Below, piece by piece: positions 46,481 to 56,669 of a stretch of DNA of 64,000 bases. Numbering within the stretch: position 1 is the first letter of the stretch; each line of letters begins with the position of its first letter. The notes beneath the pieces are model-generated. The model did no database searches. It was not told the origin of the DNA and saw only the letters and a program-made list of their open reading frames with translations. Both the position numbers and the translations under genes were made by a program. The stretch comes from Acidobacteriota bacterium (lineage in GTDB: Bacteria; Acidobacteriota; Terriglobia; Bryobacterales; Bryobacteraceae): the NCBI GenBank assembly GCA_037446115.1, contig JBBIJF010000002.1, positions 204,994-268,993 of the forward strand, read 5' to 3'.

Positions 46481-48133
46481 GTGCTATTTGGCCTGCCGGC
46501 GTGGGTGGACGGGATTATCGCGGAGCTGCTGCTGCCGCTGGCGATCTTCCTGATCCTGAGCGGGCTGGACGATCTGTTCCTGGATCTCGCTTTGGTGGCG
46601 CACCGCCGCCGCAACGGTGCGGCGCCTCCGGCGGATACCGGCGATCTGCCCGAGAAGCGCATCGCCGTCTTCATTCCGCTGTGGCGGGAACACGAGGTGA
46701 TCGAGGGGATGCTCGCGCACAACCTGGCGGCCGTCCGCTATGCGAATTACCAGGTGTTCCTGGGTGTTTACCCGAATGATGAGTCCACGCTGGCGGCGAC
46801 GCGGCGCGCCGCGCAGCGCCATCCCAACGTCCACGTCGCCATGTGCCCTCATGACGGGCCGACCTCGAAGGCCGATTGCCTGAACTGGATCTATCAGCAC
46901 ATGCTGCTCCAGGAGGAGCAGACCGGAGAGCGCTTCGATCTTGTGGTGACGCACGACGCCGAAGACATCCTGCATCCGGAATCGCTTCGCCAGATCAACC
47001 GCTACGCCGATGCCTACGACATGGTCCAGATTCCCGTGCTGCCGCTTCCCACGCCCCTGCACAAGCTCACCCACGGCGTCTACTGCGACGAATTCGCCGA
47101 GTACCAGACCAAGGACGTACCTCTGCGCAAACGCTTGGGCGGATTCCTTCCCTCCAACGGCGTGGGAACGGGCTACACGCGACGCGCCCTCCAGGCGCTG
47201 GCGGAATCCTCCGCCAACCGCGTCTTCGAGCCCGAGTGCCTGACTGAAGATTACGAGAACGGTTACCGGCTTCACCGCCTGGGCTTCCGGCAGGTCTTCA
47301 CCGCGTGGGAGTTTTCGAGCGGCAGGCCGGTGGCCACCCGGGAGTATTTTCCGCAGAAGTTCCGGCAGGCCGTCCGCCAGCGCACGCGGTGGGTGCTCGG
47401 CATTGCGCTGCAAAGCTGGGAGCGCCACGGCTGGGGTGCGCGGCTCGGGGAGCGGTACTGGTTCTGGCGGGACCGCAAGGGCCTGATCGGCAACCCTGTC
47501 AGCCTGCTCAGCAACTGGATCTTCCTCTACGGAGCGGCGACGTGGGCGGTCAGCCGGCTCCGCGACACGGTCTGGGGGCTCGCGGCGGCGCTCGACCACG
47601 TCCTCGCCCCCTGGCTTGCGGCGGCTGTGCTCCTGCTCACCGCGGTGCGCACCGGCGTGCGCATGGGCTGCGTAGCCCGCTTTTACGGATGGCGCTTCGC
47701 GCTTGGCGTGCCCGTGCGCATCGTTTGGGCCAACTGGCTGAACACGCTCGCCACGATCGCCGCCGTGGGGAGGTATGCGGCGGCCCGGCTGGCCAACCGG
47801 CCGCTCGTGTGGGTCAAGACCGAACACCGCTATCCCACGCAGGAGGCGCTGGTCCACATGCGGCTGATCAGCCCCGAGGAACTGGAGAGGCTGATCGAGC
47901 GCGTCGAGCCGCACGCCGTCCGCCGTGAGGTCGCGCGCGCATTCCCGGCCAGGGTGGTCCGCCAGTGGCGCGTTCTGCCCTTCCGGGTGGAGGAAGGCGC
48001 ACTGTTTGTGGCGACCCCCGAGTCGCCGGCGCCGGCCGTGCGCCGCGAGCTTGCCCGCTTTACCCGGCTGGAAATCCGCTTCCATCTCGTCACCGCCGAA
48101 AACTACGAAGAACTGGTGCGGCTGCTGCTTTAG
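46481..48133 (+). CDS. NfrB-like family-2 glycosyltransferase with C-terminal MshEN/T2SSE_N-like (putative c-di-GMP-binding) domain
   Basis: N-terminal TM, GT2 core (IAVFIPLWREHEVI...VVTHDAEDILHPESL), TM bundle, then C-terminal ...VRQWRVLPFRVEEGALFVATPESP resembling T2SSE_N/MshEN. Confidence 0.65.
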   Translation: MLFGLPAWVDGIIAELLLPLAIFLILSGLDDLFLDLALVAHRRRNGAAPPADTGDLPEKRIAVFIPLWREHEVIEGMLAHNLAAVRYANYQVFLGVYPNDESTLAATRRAAQRHPNVHVAMCPHDGPTSKADCLNWIYQHMLLQEEQTGERFDLVVTHDAEDILHPESLRQINRYADAYDMVQIPVLPLPTPLHKLTHGVYCDEFAEYQTKDVPLRKRLGGFLPSNGVGTGYTRRALQALAESSANRVFEPECLTEDYENGYRLHRLGFRQVFTAWEFSSGRPVATREYFPQKFRQAVRQRTRWVLGIALQSWERHGWGARLGERYWFWRDRKGLIGNPVSLLSNWIFLYGAATWAVSRLRDTVWGLAAALDHVLAPWLAAAVLLLTAVRTGVRMGCVARFYGWRFALGVPVRIVWANWLNTLATIAAVGRYAAARLANRPLVWVKTEHRYPTQEALVHMRLISPEELERLIERVEPHAVRREVARAFPARVVRQWRVLPFRVEEGALFVATPESPAPAVRRELARFTRLEIRFHLVTAENYEELVRLLL

Positions 48134-48181
48134 CTGCCGCCCGTTCCCCCCTCCGGCACGCTACAATTGGCTTCGATTCGC

Positions 48182-48880
48182 ATGCTACTGCGCCATCTCA
48201 GAGAAGAAGTCCTCCAGGCAAACCTGGAGCTGATTCGCCGCGGACTGGTGATCTACACCTTCGGCAACGCCAGCGGCATTGACCGCGACCTCGGCCTGGT
48301 GGTGATCAAACCGAGCGGCGTGCCGTTCGACGAGCTGGTTCCGGAAAACCTGGTGGTCACCGATCTGGAGGGCCGCGTGCTCGAAGGCGATCTGCGTCCC
48401 TCCTCGGACCTGCCCACGCACCTGGCGCTGTACCGGGCCTTCCCTTCGATCGGCGGCGTCGTTCACACGCACTCGCGCTACGCCACGGCCTGGGCTCAGG
48501 CGCACCGGGAAATCCCCTGCCTGGGCACCACGCACGCCGACTATTTCCACGGCGCCGTGCCCGTGACGGAACCGCTCCGCCGCGAGGAGATCGAGGAGGA
48601 ATACGAGCGGCACACCGGAGACGTGATCGTGCGGCGCTTTCGCGATACGGACCCGCTCGAGATGCCCGCGGTGTTGGTGGCCGGCCACGGCCCGTTCTGC
48701 TGGGGCAGATCGGCGGCCGAAGCGGCCGAGCACGCGGTCCTGCTCGAAGAGGTCGCCGCGCTCGCCTATTTCACCGTCGTACTGAACCCGGCCGCCGGGC
48801 CGCTGGCCCCGGCGTTGTTGGACAAGCACTTTTACCGGAAACACGGGGCCGGGGCGTACTACGGCCAGAAAAGCAAATGA
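48182..48880 (+). CDS. L-ribulose-5-phosphate 4-epimerase family (class II aldolase/adducin, AraD-like)
   Basis: Near-collinear match to AraD: MLLRHLREEVLQANLEL..., VIKPSGV, PSSDLPTHLALYRAFPSIGGVVHTHSRYATAWAQ, HGPFCWG, LDKHFYRKHGAGAYYGQ. Confidence 0.8.
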   Translation: MLLRHLREEVLQANLELIRRGLVIYTFGNASGIDRDLGLVVIKPSGVPFDELVPENLVVTDLEGRVLEGDLRPSSDLPTHLALYRAFPSIGGVVHTHSRYATAWAQAHREIPCLGTTHADYFHGAVPVTEPLRREEIEEEYERHTGDVIVRRFRDTDPLEMPAVLVAGHGPFCWGRSAAEAAEHAVLLEEVAALAYFTVVLNPAAGPLAPALLDKHFYRKHGAGAYYGQKSK

Positions 48881-48918
48881 CGCCCGGCCCCCGGGGCGCG
48901 GGTTGAGCCGGAAGCCTG

Positions 48919-50157
48919 ATGCGCGGCGTGGTGCTCGCTGTCGGACTCAGCTGCGGCCTGCTGACCGCAGACAGCGACGAACTGCACCGCGCAGCCCGGG
49001 CCGGAGACGCCGCCCGGGTGCGCGCCCTGCTCGATGCCGGAGCCGACGTCAATGCCCGCAACGCCTTGGGCGCCACACCGCTCCACGATGCGGCCTGGAG
49101 CGGCAATACAAGCATTGTCGAGCTGCTGCTCGATCACGGCGCCGAGATCAATGCGCGGCATGCGGAGGCGGGTTCCACGCCGCTGCACTACGCCGTCCTC
49201 ACCAATCGCCTGGAGACAGTGCGCCTGTTGGTGGCGCGCGGCGCAGACGTTATGGCGCGGCAGCGGAGCGGCGCCACGCCGCTGCACGTGGCTGCCGGGC
49301 GGGGCTACGTGGAGGTCGCACGCATCCTTCTGGATCACGGCGCCGAGGTGAACGCCAAGGACTACGAGGGATCCGCTCCTCTGGACGAAGCCGCCTGGCG
49401 CGGCCAGGCGGAGATCGTCAAACTCCTGCTCGAGCGCGGCGCCGACGTGCGCGTGCGCAATCGCCAGACGGGAGCCACGCCCTTGCACGAAGCGGCCTCG
49501 AAAGGACACGCCGAAGTGGCGGCGCTGCTCGTGGCGGCCGGCGCGGATCTGAAGGCCAGAGACAATGCCGGGGTGACGCCCCTGGAGGAAGCCCTCAGGC
49601 GCCGCCACTACCGCGTCGCCGAAGTGCTGCTGGGCCGGGATGCGCCGCTGGAAGGCGCCGCACTGCAGGAGCTGCTGGAGCAGGCCGTGCTGCGCGGCGA
49701 TACGGATCTGGTGCGGCTGCTCCTCGAAAAAGGCGCCGACGTCAACGCGCGCACGGCACTGGGCTCCACACTGCTGCACGAGGCGGCCCTCAAGGGACAC
49801 CGCGACTTGGCGCGCCTGCTGATCGGGAAGGGCGCTCAGGTGAATGCACGGAATGCCGGCGGCGCTACGCCGCTGCATGATGCGGCCGTAGGCGGCCATG
49901 CGGCCGTCATCGCCCTGCTCGTGGACCACGGAGCAGACCTGGAAGCCCGGGATGCCGCCTCGGGAGCCACGCCGCTGTTTGTCGCTGCTTCCTGGGGCCG
50001 AGCCGAAGCCGTGGCCTTGCTCCTGGCCCGGGGCGCCGACCCGCAAGCCCGGGCCCGAGACGGCCGGACTCCTCTGGAAGCCGCCCTCGAAGGAGGACAT
50101 CAGGACGTGGCGGAAATGTTGCGTTCGGCTAAAGCGGCTCCGTCAAAAGCCCGATAA
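48919..50157 (+). CDS. secreted ankyrin-repeat protein (about 11 tandem ANK repeats)
   Basis: Signal peptide MRGVVLAVGLSCGLLTA; repeated G(A)TPLH-AA--GH--V--LL--GADVNA units. Confidence 0.85.
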   Translation: MRGVVLAVGLSCGLLTADSDELHRAARAGDAARVRALLDAGADVNARNALGATPLHDAAWSGNTSIVELLLDHGAEINARHAEAGSTPLHYAVLTNRLETVRLLVARGADVMARQRSGATPLHVAAGRGYVEVARILLDHGAEVNAKDYEGSAPLDEAAWRGQAEIVKLLLERGADVRVRNRQTGATPLHEAASKGHAEVAALLVAAGADLKARDNAGVTPLEEALRRRHYRVAEVLLGRDAPLEGAALQELLEQAVLRGDTDLVRLLLEKGADVNARTALGSTLLHEAALKGHRDLARLLIGKGAQVNARNAGGATPLHDAAVGGHAAVIALLVDHGADLEARDAASGATPLFVAASWGRAEAVALLLARGADPQARARDGRTPLEAALEGGHQDVAEMLRSAKAAPSKAR

Positions 50158-50166
50158 CCACAACGG

Positions 50167-51777
50167 GTGACGATCGAGCACGGGCCCGTACTGGCGGCGC
50201 CGGCCGTGCTGGTACGCAGCCGCCTGCCCCGGATTGCCAGACTTCTGCGGCCGCATGCCCGCAAGCTGGAGCGCAAGTTCCTTGAGCGCCTGCGCGCACT
50301 GGGCTACGATGCCCGCCAGCGCCGGGCCCTGGCCGCCATCACCCCCGGCGCGCTGGCCCCGCTCTTGGAGCGCCGCAGCGCTGAGCCCTGGCTGGAACAG
50401 ATCAGCTACCACGCCCGCCGCCTGGCCAAGCTGAACGTGGCTCCCGAGCGGGTCTGGGAGGCGCTCGGAGAGTACGACCGGCTCATGAAGCCGGTGCTCG
50501 AGGCCGTACCGGCCCGAGAGACCGCCGAGTTGCTGTGGGCCCGCGAGCAGCTTCGCTTCAGCATTGTGCTCACGCTGAACAACGCCTACTATCAGGTCCG
50601 GCAGGCCGAGGCGGCCACCTACCATGAGCTGTTCCGGGCAGAGCTGGAGTCGCAAAACCTCGCGGAGTTGCTCGGCCGCCTGCTGGAGATCCTGTGGCGG
50701 TACAGCCAAGCCGCCACGGCCGCCTTCTTCCGGCTGGATGCCGAGCAGCGGTGCTGGTATCTGGAAGCGCGCGCCCCGGCGGGCCGGCGTCCGGCGGCTC
50801 CCGGCCTCCAGGTGCCGGCCCGGCGAGCCGAGTGGGCCCGGCTGTCGCGCCCCCTCTCGGCGGTGCGGGGGAAAGGAGCGTGGCCGGCCCTCGACCCCGC
50901 CTGGCGGCGTTTCGGAACCTGCTGGTCCATCCCGCTCCGCCGCGGCGAGGGCCTGGCGGGCGTGTTGCAGTTCGCTTTCCGGGGCCCGTACGAATGGCTT
51001 CCCCGCGAACGGGAACTGCTCGCCGCGGCGGCCGAGCGCTGCCTGCTGGCCGCAGAAAAAGCGCGGCTGGTGGAGAGCCTGGCCGCGCGCGAGGAGCAGG
51101 TACGGCGCCTGGCCGAGCATCTGATGCTGGCCGAGGAGCGCGAACGGCGCCGCATCAGCGCCGAACTCCACGATGAGACCGGCCAGTCGCTGCTGTGCAT
51201 CCGCCTGCAGCTGGAAATGCTGGAACGGAGCATTCCCCGGGACCGGCCCCAGCTGCGCGCCGGGCTGGAGGAGGTCCGGCGGCTCACCGAGCGCACCATC
51301 GTTGAGATGCGCCGCTTGATTGCGGACTTGAGTCCGGCGGTGCTCGAGCAGTTCGGCCTGGCGGCGGCGCTCAAGCAGCTGGTCGGACGTTTCCGGCGCT
51401 TGCACCCGGCCCGGGTCCGCCTGCGCCTGCTGCGGGTGCGGCGGCTCCCCAGAAGCCTGGAGCATCTGGTCTACCGGCTGGTGCAGGAATGTCTGAACAA
51501 CGTTGCCCGCCACTCGGCCGCCCGCCACGTAAACATCCGGGTCCGGTTCGCCGATAAACAGTTAGTGGTCCAGGTCGAAGACGACGGTGTCGGTTTCGAC
51601 GTGAACGCGGCGCTGGCCAAACGCGACTCGTTCGGTCTGGCAGGCATGCGCGAGCGGGTGGCGTGGTACGGCGGGCGCTACCACATCCAAAGCCGGCCGG
51701 GACACGGCGCGAAGATCCGGATCGAGCTGCCGCTGCCTGAGGCGGGGCGGCCGGAGACGCCCCCGGCGGCGGAATGA
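50167..51777 (+). CDS. sensor histidine kinase (GAF-like N-terminus, HisKA_3 dimerisation domain, HATPase_c), NarL-type partner
   Basis: H-box RRRISAELHDETGQSLL; C-terminal ATPase (VQVEDDGVGF, GLAGMRERV). Confidence 0.85.
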   Translation: MTIEHGPVLAAPAVLVRSRLPRIARLLRPHARKLERKFLERLRALGYDARQRRALAAITPGALAPLLERRSAEPWLEQISYHARRLAKLNVAPERVWEALGEYDRLMKPVLEAVPARETAELLWAREQLRFSIVLTLNNAYYQVRQAEAATYHELFRAELESQNLAELLGRLLEILWRYSQAATAAFFRLDAEQRCWYLEARAPAGRRPAAPGLQVPARRAEWARLSRPLSAVRGKGAWPALDPAWRRFGTCWSIPLRRGEGLAGVLQFAFRGPYEWLPRERELLAAAAERCLLAAEKARLVESLAAREEQVRRLAEHLMLAEERERRRISAELHDETGQSLLCIRLQLEMLERSIPRDRPQLRAGLEEVRRLTERTIVEMRRLIADLSPAVLEQFGLAAALKQLVGRFRRLHPARVRLRLLRVRRLPRSLEHLVYRLVQECLNNVARHSAARHVNIRVRFADKQLVVQVEDDGVGFDVNAALAKRDSFGLAGMRERVAWYGGRYHIQSRPGHGAKIRIELPLPEAGRPETPPAAE

Positions 51778-51789
51778 GAGAAGGACGTT

Positions 51790-52455
51790 ATGGGCAAGAT
51801 ACGAGTGCTGCTGGCCGATGATCACACTCTGTTCCGCCAAGGAGTGCGAACCCTGCTCGGAGCCGAGCCGGACATCGAGGTCGTCGGCGAAGCCTCCAAC
51901 GGGGTCGAGGCAGCCGCCAAGGCGGCAGAGTTGCGTCCCGACGTGGTGTTACTGGACATCGGCATGCCCGGTCCGAGCAGCTTCGAAACGGCACGCCAGA
52001 TTCGCCGCCAGCGTCCCGAAACCAAGGTCCTGTTTCTGACCATGTACGACGATGAGGACTACTTGCTGGAGGGCATGCAAGTCGGCGCCAACGGGTATGT
52101 GCTCAAAGACAGCCCCGCTCCGCAACTGATCGGAGCCATCCGTGACGTCTACCGCGGTGGAAGTTACCTCAGCCCGCGCATGCTCGGGCAACTCGTGGAC
52201 GACTTCCGCTCCCGTATCCGTTCCGCCGACCAACAGCCGCGCCTGGCCACCCTCACGCCGAGAGAAAAGGAAGTCCTCAAAATGCTGGCCGAGGGTAACT
52301 CGGTCAAAGAGGTGGCCTCGCTGCTGAATCTCAGCGTCAAGACCGTCGAGGCGCACAAGTTCAACCTCATGCGCAAGCTCGACATCCACAACAAGGCGCA
52401 ACTGGTGCAGTACGCCATCCAGAAGAAAATCATCAAGATCCCGATGATGGGCTGA
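51790..52455 (+). CDS. NarL/FixJ-family response regulator (REC + LuxR-type HTH)
   Basis: IRVLLADDH...DVVLLDIGMPG receiver and LTPREKEVLKMLAEGNSVKEVASLLNLSVKTVEAHK HTH. Confidence 0.9.
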   Translation: MGKIRVLLADDHTLFRQGVRTLLGAEPDIEVVGEASNGVEAAAKAAELRPDVVLLDIGMPGPSSFETARQIRRQRPETKVLFLTMYDDEDYLLEGMQVGANGYVLKDSPAPQLIGAIRDVYRGGSYLSPRMLGQLVDDFRSRIRSADQQPRLATLTPREKEVLKMLAEGNSVKEVASLLNLSVKTVEAHKFNLMRKLDIHNKAQLVQYAIQKKIIKIPMMG

Positions 52456-52606
52456 GCGAATCGCGCCCGCCGGGCCGGCACTGTGCCAGAGGCCGCCATC
52501 GAGGACGTCCTCACCGAGTGGCCGACCACCACCGCACCGGTTAGCCAAACGCCCGACTCCGGCCCGCATCTACGGGGTGGCACCTTCACCGTTGTAGAAT
52601 CTTGAA

Positions 52607-53458
52607 ATGACGCGGAGAGAACTGCTCGCCTTTGTCGCTGCCCTCCAAACCCTCACGTTGAAAGCGGCGCGCTTGCCTATCCGCAAGGCAGTGTGGTACG
52701 GCATGCTGCCCAAAGAACTCAGCGTCGCCGAGCGGTTCCGTCTGGCGCGGGACGTCGGATTCGAGGCCATCGAGTGTCCGACCGCCGACGAACGTCTGGC
52801 CGAAGAGTTCAAGAAAGCCTCCGAGGAAGCCCGGCTGCCCATTCATTCCGTCATGAACCAGGCGCACTGGAAGTTTCCGCTGTCTTCGGCGGATCCCGCC
52901 GTCGTGGCCGAGAGCATGAAGGGCATGGAAACCAGCCTGCGCAACGCCCGTTTCTGGGGTGCCGACACCGTGCTTCTGGTGCCCGCCGTGGTCAACCCGC
53001 AAACCAGCTACCGGGACGCCTGGACGCGCTCCCAGGAGCGGATCCGCAATCTCATTCCCCTGGCGCAGGAGCTGAAGGTCGTCATCGCGGTCGAGGACGT
53101 CTGGAACCGGTTCCTGCTCAGCCCGCTCGAGTTCGCGCGCTATGTAGACGAGTTTCAAAGCCCCTGGGTGCGCGCCTACTTCGACGTCGGCAACATCGTG
53201 CTGTACGGTTATCCTCAAGACTGGATCCGCACGCTCGGCAGCCGCATCGTCAAGCTCCATCTCAAGGACTTCCGCTTCCGGAAAATGCAGGCCGAGTTTG
53301 TCAACCTGCGGGAAGGCGACATTGACTGGAAAGAGGTCCACAAGGCGCTGGCGGAAATCGGCTACAAGGGCGACGCCACGGTGGAACTCGCCGCAGGCGA
53401 TGAAGCGTATCTCCGGGATGTGGTCCGGCGCGTGGATTTGATTCTGGAAGGCGCCTGA
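52607..53458 (+). CDS. sugar phosphate isomerase/epimerase (xylose isomerase-like TIM barrel)
   Basis: GFEAIE...VIAVEDVWNRF...YFDVGNIVLYGYPQDWIRTLGSRIVKLHLKD typical of AP_endonuc_2 family. Confidence 0.75.
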   Translation: MTRRELLAFVAALQTLTLKAARLPIRKAVWYGMLPKELSVAERFRLARDVGFEAIECPTADERLAEEFKKASEEARLPIHSVMNQAHWKFPLSSADPAVVAESMKGMETSLRNARFWGADTVLLVPAVVNPQTSYRDAWTRSQERIRNLIPLAQELKVVIAVEDVWNRFLLSPLEFARYVDEFQSPWVRAYFDVGNIVLYGYPQDWIRTLGSRIVKLHLKDFRFRKMQAEFVNLREGDIDWKEVHKALAEIGYKGDATVELAAGDEAYLRDVVRRVDLILEGA

Positions 53459-53479
53459 TTTCCGCAGGGGAGCAATCCC

Positions 53480-55198
53480 ATGGCCAAGTTTCTGGTCGGA
53501 CTGGTGGCCGGGATGATCCTGGCCGTGCTGATCGCTGTCATTCTCGTCTTTGCCGCCGTGCGCCTCAGTGAGCGGCCTCCGGAAGTGGCCGATAACTCCG
53601 TCCTGGTCCTGCGTCTGGAGGGCGAGCTCGTCGAAAAAGCTCCGGTGACCATCCCTCTGCCGTTCTTTGAGGCGCGCCGGCCGCTGACCGTGGCCGACGT
53701 CTGGGATCTGGTGCGCAAGGCGGAGGCGGATTCGCGCATCCGGGCGGTGGTGGTCATGCCGGCGGGAATCGCCGCCGGCTGGGGCAAACTCGAAGAGCTG
53801 CGCACCCTGCTGGGGCGCCTGCGCAAGACCGGCAAACCCGTGGTGGCGTTTCTCCGCGAGCCGTCCACGCGCGAATACTATGTGGCCGCGGGCGCGGGCC
53901 GGATTTACATGCCGCCCGAGGACATGTTGGACATGAAGGGCCTCCGGGCCGAAGTCATGTTCTTGCGGCGCACGCTGGACAAGCTGGGCGTCAGGGTGGA
54001 GATCGAACACGCGGGCAAATACAAAGATTTCGGAGACCGGTTCACGCGGACCGCGATGAGCCCGGAAACCCGGGAGGTGCTCAACTCCATCCTCGACGAT
54101 CTCTACGGTCGCCTGGCCGGCGCGGTCGGTGAGGCGCGCCGCAAGAGCCCGGCCGAGGTGCGCGCCTTGCTCGACGAAGGACCGTTCCTGGCGCGCCAGG
54201 CGCTGGCCAAGGGGCTCGTGGACGGCCTGCTCTATGAAGATCAGGTCTTCGCCGAGACCGAAAAACTCGCCGGAGGAAAGCCGCTGCGGAAGCTTCCCGC
54301 CAGAGACTACCTCCGGGTTCCCGCCTCCTCCCTGAAACTGAGCGGACCGCGCATCGCCCTGGTAGCGGCCGAAGGAACCATCGTGAGCGGCCGCGTTCCG
54401 GGCTTCGGCGATGAAGATGTCATCGAATCCACCCCGTTTTCCCAACTTCTGCGCCGGGTGGCCGATGACCGGAGCATCCGCGCCGTGATCGTCCGGATTG
54501 ATTCGCCGGGAGGCAGCGCCTTCGCCTCCGATGAAATCTGGCGCCAGATGAACGCGCTCAGCAAGAAAAAGCCCGTGGTCATCTCCATGTCCGATACGGC
54601 GGCCTCCGGTGGCTACTACATCGCCATGACCGGCGATCCCATCGTGGCCTATCCGGGAACGTTCACCGGCTCGATCGGCGTGGTCTACGGGAAGGTGAAC
54701 CTGCGGGGTTTCTACGACAAGATCGGCGTCACCAAGGAGTTGCTCACGCGCGGCCGTTTTGCGGACCTGGACTCCGACTACACCCCTCTCGATGAAGCGG
54801 CACGCAAGAAGCTGCGGGAGGGCCTGGAGGCGACCTACCGGGCTTTCGTCGAACGCGTCGCTCAGGCGCGCAAGCGCCGCTACGAAGAGGTCGAGCCGCT
54901 GGCGCAGGGCCGGGTCTGGCTCGGTTCCCAGGCCAGGGAGCGCGGTCTGGTGGATGAGCTCGGCGGACTGGATCGCGCCATCGAGCTGGTCCGCAAAAAG
55001 GCGGGAATCCGGCCGGAGGAAAAGATCTCGCTGGTGGTCTACCCGCCCAGGCGCACGATTCTCGAACGCCTCATGCAACCGGAGCGTGAAACCGCCTGGG
55101 GGGCGCGCCTCCGGGAGATTCTGCGGCAAGCGCGCGCCGCCGCCTGGCTGGAAGGCGGCATGCTGCGCTTGATGCCGTTCGCTATAGAAGTGCGCTGA
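53480..55198 (+). CDS. sppA: signal peptide peptidase SppA (67K type, tandem S49 domains)
   Basis: N-terminal TM; two S49 ClpP-like halves, Ser in SDTAASGGYYIA, Lys in KVNLRGFYDKIGV region. Confidence 0.85.
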   Translation: MAKFLVGLVAGMILAVLIAVILVFAAVRLSERPPEVADNSVLVLRLEGELVEKAPVTIPLPFFEARRPLTVADVWDLVRKAEADSRIRAVVVMPAGIAAGWGKLEELRTLLGRLRKTGKPVVAFLREPSTREYYVAAGAGRIYMPPEDMLDMKGLRAEVMFLRRTLDKLGVRVEIEHAGKYKDFGDRFTRTAMSPETREVLNSILDDLYGRLAGAVGEARRKSPAEVRALLDEGPFLARQALAKGLVDGLLYEDQVFAETEKLAGGKPLRKLPARDYLRVPASSLKLSGPRIALVAAEGTIVSGRVPGFGDEDVIESTPFSQLLRRVADDRSIRAVIVRIDSPGGSAFASDEIWRQMNALSKKKPVVISMSDTAASGGYYIAMTGDPIVAYPGTFTGSIGVVYGKVNLRGFYDKIGVTKELLTRGRFADLDSDYTPLDEAARKKLREGLEATYRAFVERVAQARKRRYEEVEPLAQGRVWLGSQARERGLVDELGGLDRAIELVRKKAGIRPEEKISLVVYPPRRTILERLMQPERETAWGARLREILRQARAAAWLEGGMLRLMPFAIEVR

Positions 55199-55265
55199 AG
55201 CTCGGGTCGCTCGAGATTGTTTGACGGCCCCCGTTTGATGTAAGCTTGCCCCTTCGGCGGTGGTT

Positions 55266-56669
55266 ATGCCCGGAACCCTTTCGACGCTGGCGCGGCGCAT
55301 GGACCGGCTCTACGAATTCGACCGCGAGCCGGTGGCCGAGGCCAGGCTACAGGCTGGCCGGCGCTTCGCGGGGCTGTTTGCCGGCGAGCATGTGGCGGCC
55401 ACGGAGTTTGTCATCGGCGCTTTCTTCGTCCTGCACGGGGTCAGCGCTCGCGACCTCATCCTGGGACTCCTGGCCGGCAACTTCCTTGCCGTGCTCTCCT
55501 GGACCCTCATCTGCGCCCCGATCGCCGTGCGCACCCGGCTCACTCTGTACTGGTACCTGCGGAAGATCGCCGGACCGGGCATGACCTTGGTCTACAACAT
55601 CGCCAACGCCTTTCTCTACTGCATCCTGGCCGGCGCCATGATCTCGGTCTCGGCTACCGCCGTCGGACTGGGATTCGGCATCCGCACGCCCGAACTCCAT
55701 CAACTCATGCCCAACAGCGTCGGATGGGTGGTGCTGACGCTCTCGATCGGCGCTGCCTTCACCATCCTGGCCATCCTCGGCTTTGAGAAGCTCAGCAAGT
55801 TCGCCAGTGTGTGTTCCCCCTGGATCTTTGTCATCTTCCTCGCCGGGGCCGTCGCCACGTTCCGCCCCCTTGGGATTCACCCCAATCTGGATAACCTCTG
55901 GGAGGTGCTCCAAACACGGGTCTGGAACGGCGTGCCGACACCGGGCCAGGAAAAGTTCGGCATGGCGCACGTCATCTTCTTCGCGTGGTTCTGCAACCTG
56001 GCCATGCACGCCGGACTCTCCGATATGGCGCTCTTCCGCTACGCCAGGAGCTGGAAATACGGACTGTACTCCGCCTTCGGGATGTATCCGGGACACATGC
56101 TCGCCTGGATGTGTTCCGGCATCATGGTGGCCGGCGTCAATCGCCAGATGGATCCGGGACTGATGGCCTACCAGGCGGCGGGGCTGGCCGGAGTGCTGGC
56201 CGTGATGCTGGCCGGCTGGACCACAGCCAATCCCACGCTCTATCGGGCGGGACTCGCCCTGCAAGTCATCACACCCGACTGGCCCCGCTGGAAGATCACC
56301 CTGCTGGCCGGCATCGCCACTTCCATCCTCGCCGTCTTCCCCGTATTCTTCCTCCGGCTGCTCGACTACGTGGCCATTTACGGCCTGGTGCTGATGCCCG
56401 TCGGAGCCGTGGTGTTCGCCGAACACTGGATCCTGCCCCGACTCGGTCTGGAGCAGTACCGGGCGGAGAAGCATGGCTGGCTGTTTAACTGGCGGGCGCT
56501 CCTGGTCTGGGTGGGGACACTGGCGGTCTGCTGGGGGATGCCGTTCCATCTGTACTTCCGCTGGCTGCCCGGCTACGTGCTGGCGGTGGCGGCCTACACG
56601 GTGTTGCAATACGTGCCCGCAGCGCAACGCGTCAAAGCAGCCGCGCCCGTCTCCGGAGGCCTGCCGTGA
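55266..56669 (+). CDS. NCS1-like (purine-cytosine permease-type) membrane transporter
   Basis: 12 predicted TM helices, N-terminal ...ARLQAGRRFAGLFAGEHVAATEFVIGAFFV... resembling cytosine/allantoin permease family. Confidence 0.55.
   Translation: MPGTLSTLARRMDRLYEFDREPVAEARLQAGRRFAGLFAGEHVAATEFVIGAFFVLHGVSARDLILGLLAGNFLAVLSWTLICAPIAVRTRLTLYWYLRKIAGPGMTLVYNIANAFLYCILAGAMISVSATAVGLGFGIRTPELHQLMPNSVGWVVLTLSIGAAFTILAILGFEKLSKFASVCSPWIFVIFLAGAVATFRPLGIHPNLDNLWEVLQTRVWNGVPTPGQEKFGMAHVIFFAWFCNLAMHAGLSDMALFRYARSWKYGLYSAFGMYPGHMLAWMCSGIMVAGVNRQMDPGLMAYQAAGLAGVLAVMLAGWTTANPTLYRAGLALQVITPDWPRWKITLLAGIATSILAVFPVFFLRLLDYVAIYGLVLMPVGAVVFAEHWILPRLGLEQYRAEKHGWLFNWRALLVWVGTLAVCWGMPFHLYFRWLPGYVLAVAAYTVLQYVPAAQRVKAAAPVSGGLP

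Noticed and set aside
48859-51528. 413-aa and 461-aa minus-strand ORFs
   Set aside because: Antisense to the ankyrin-repeat gene and the histidine kinase, both with clear repeat or H-box/ATPase motifs.
52586-55300. 904-aa minus-strand ORF
   Set aside because: Antisense to two plus-strand genes with clear family matches (sugar phosphate isomerase and SppA). Arg/Gly-rich composition typical of a high-GC antisense artefact.
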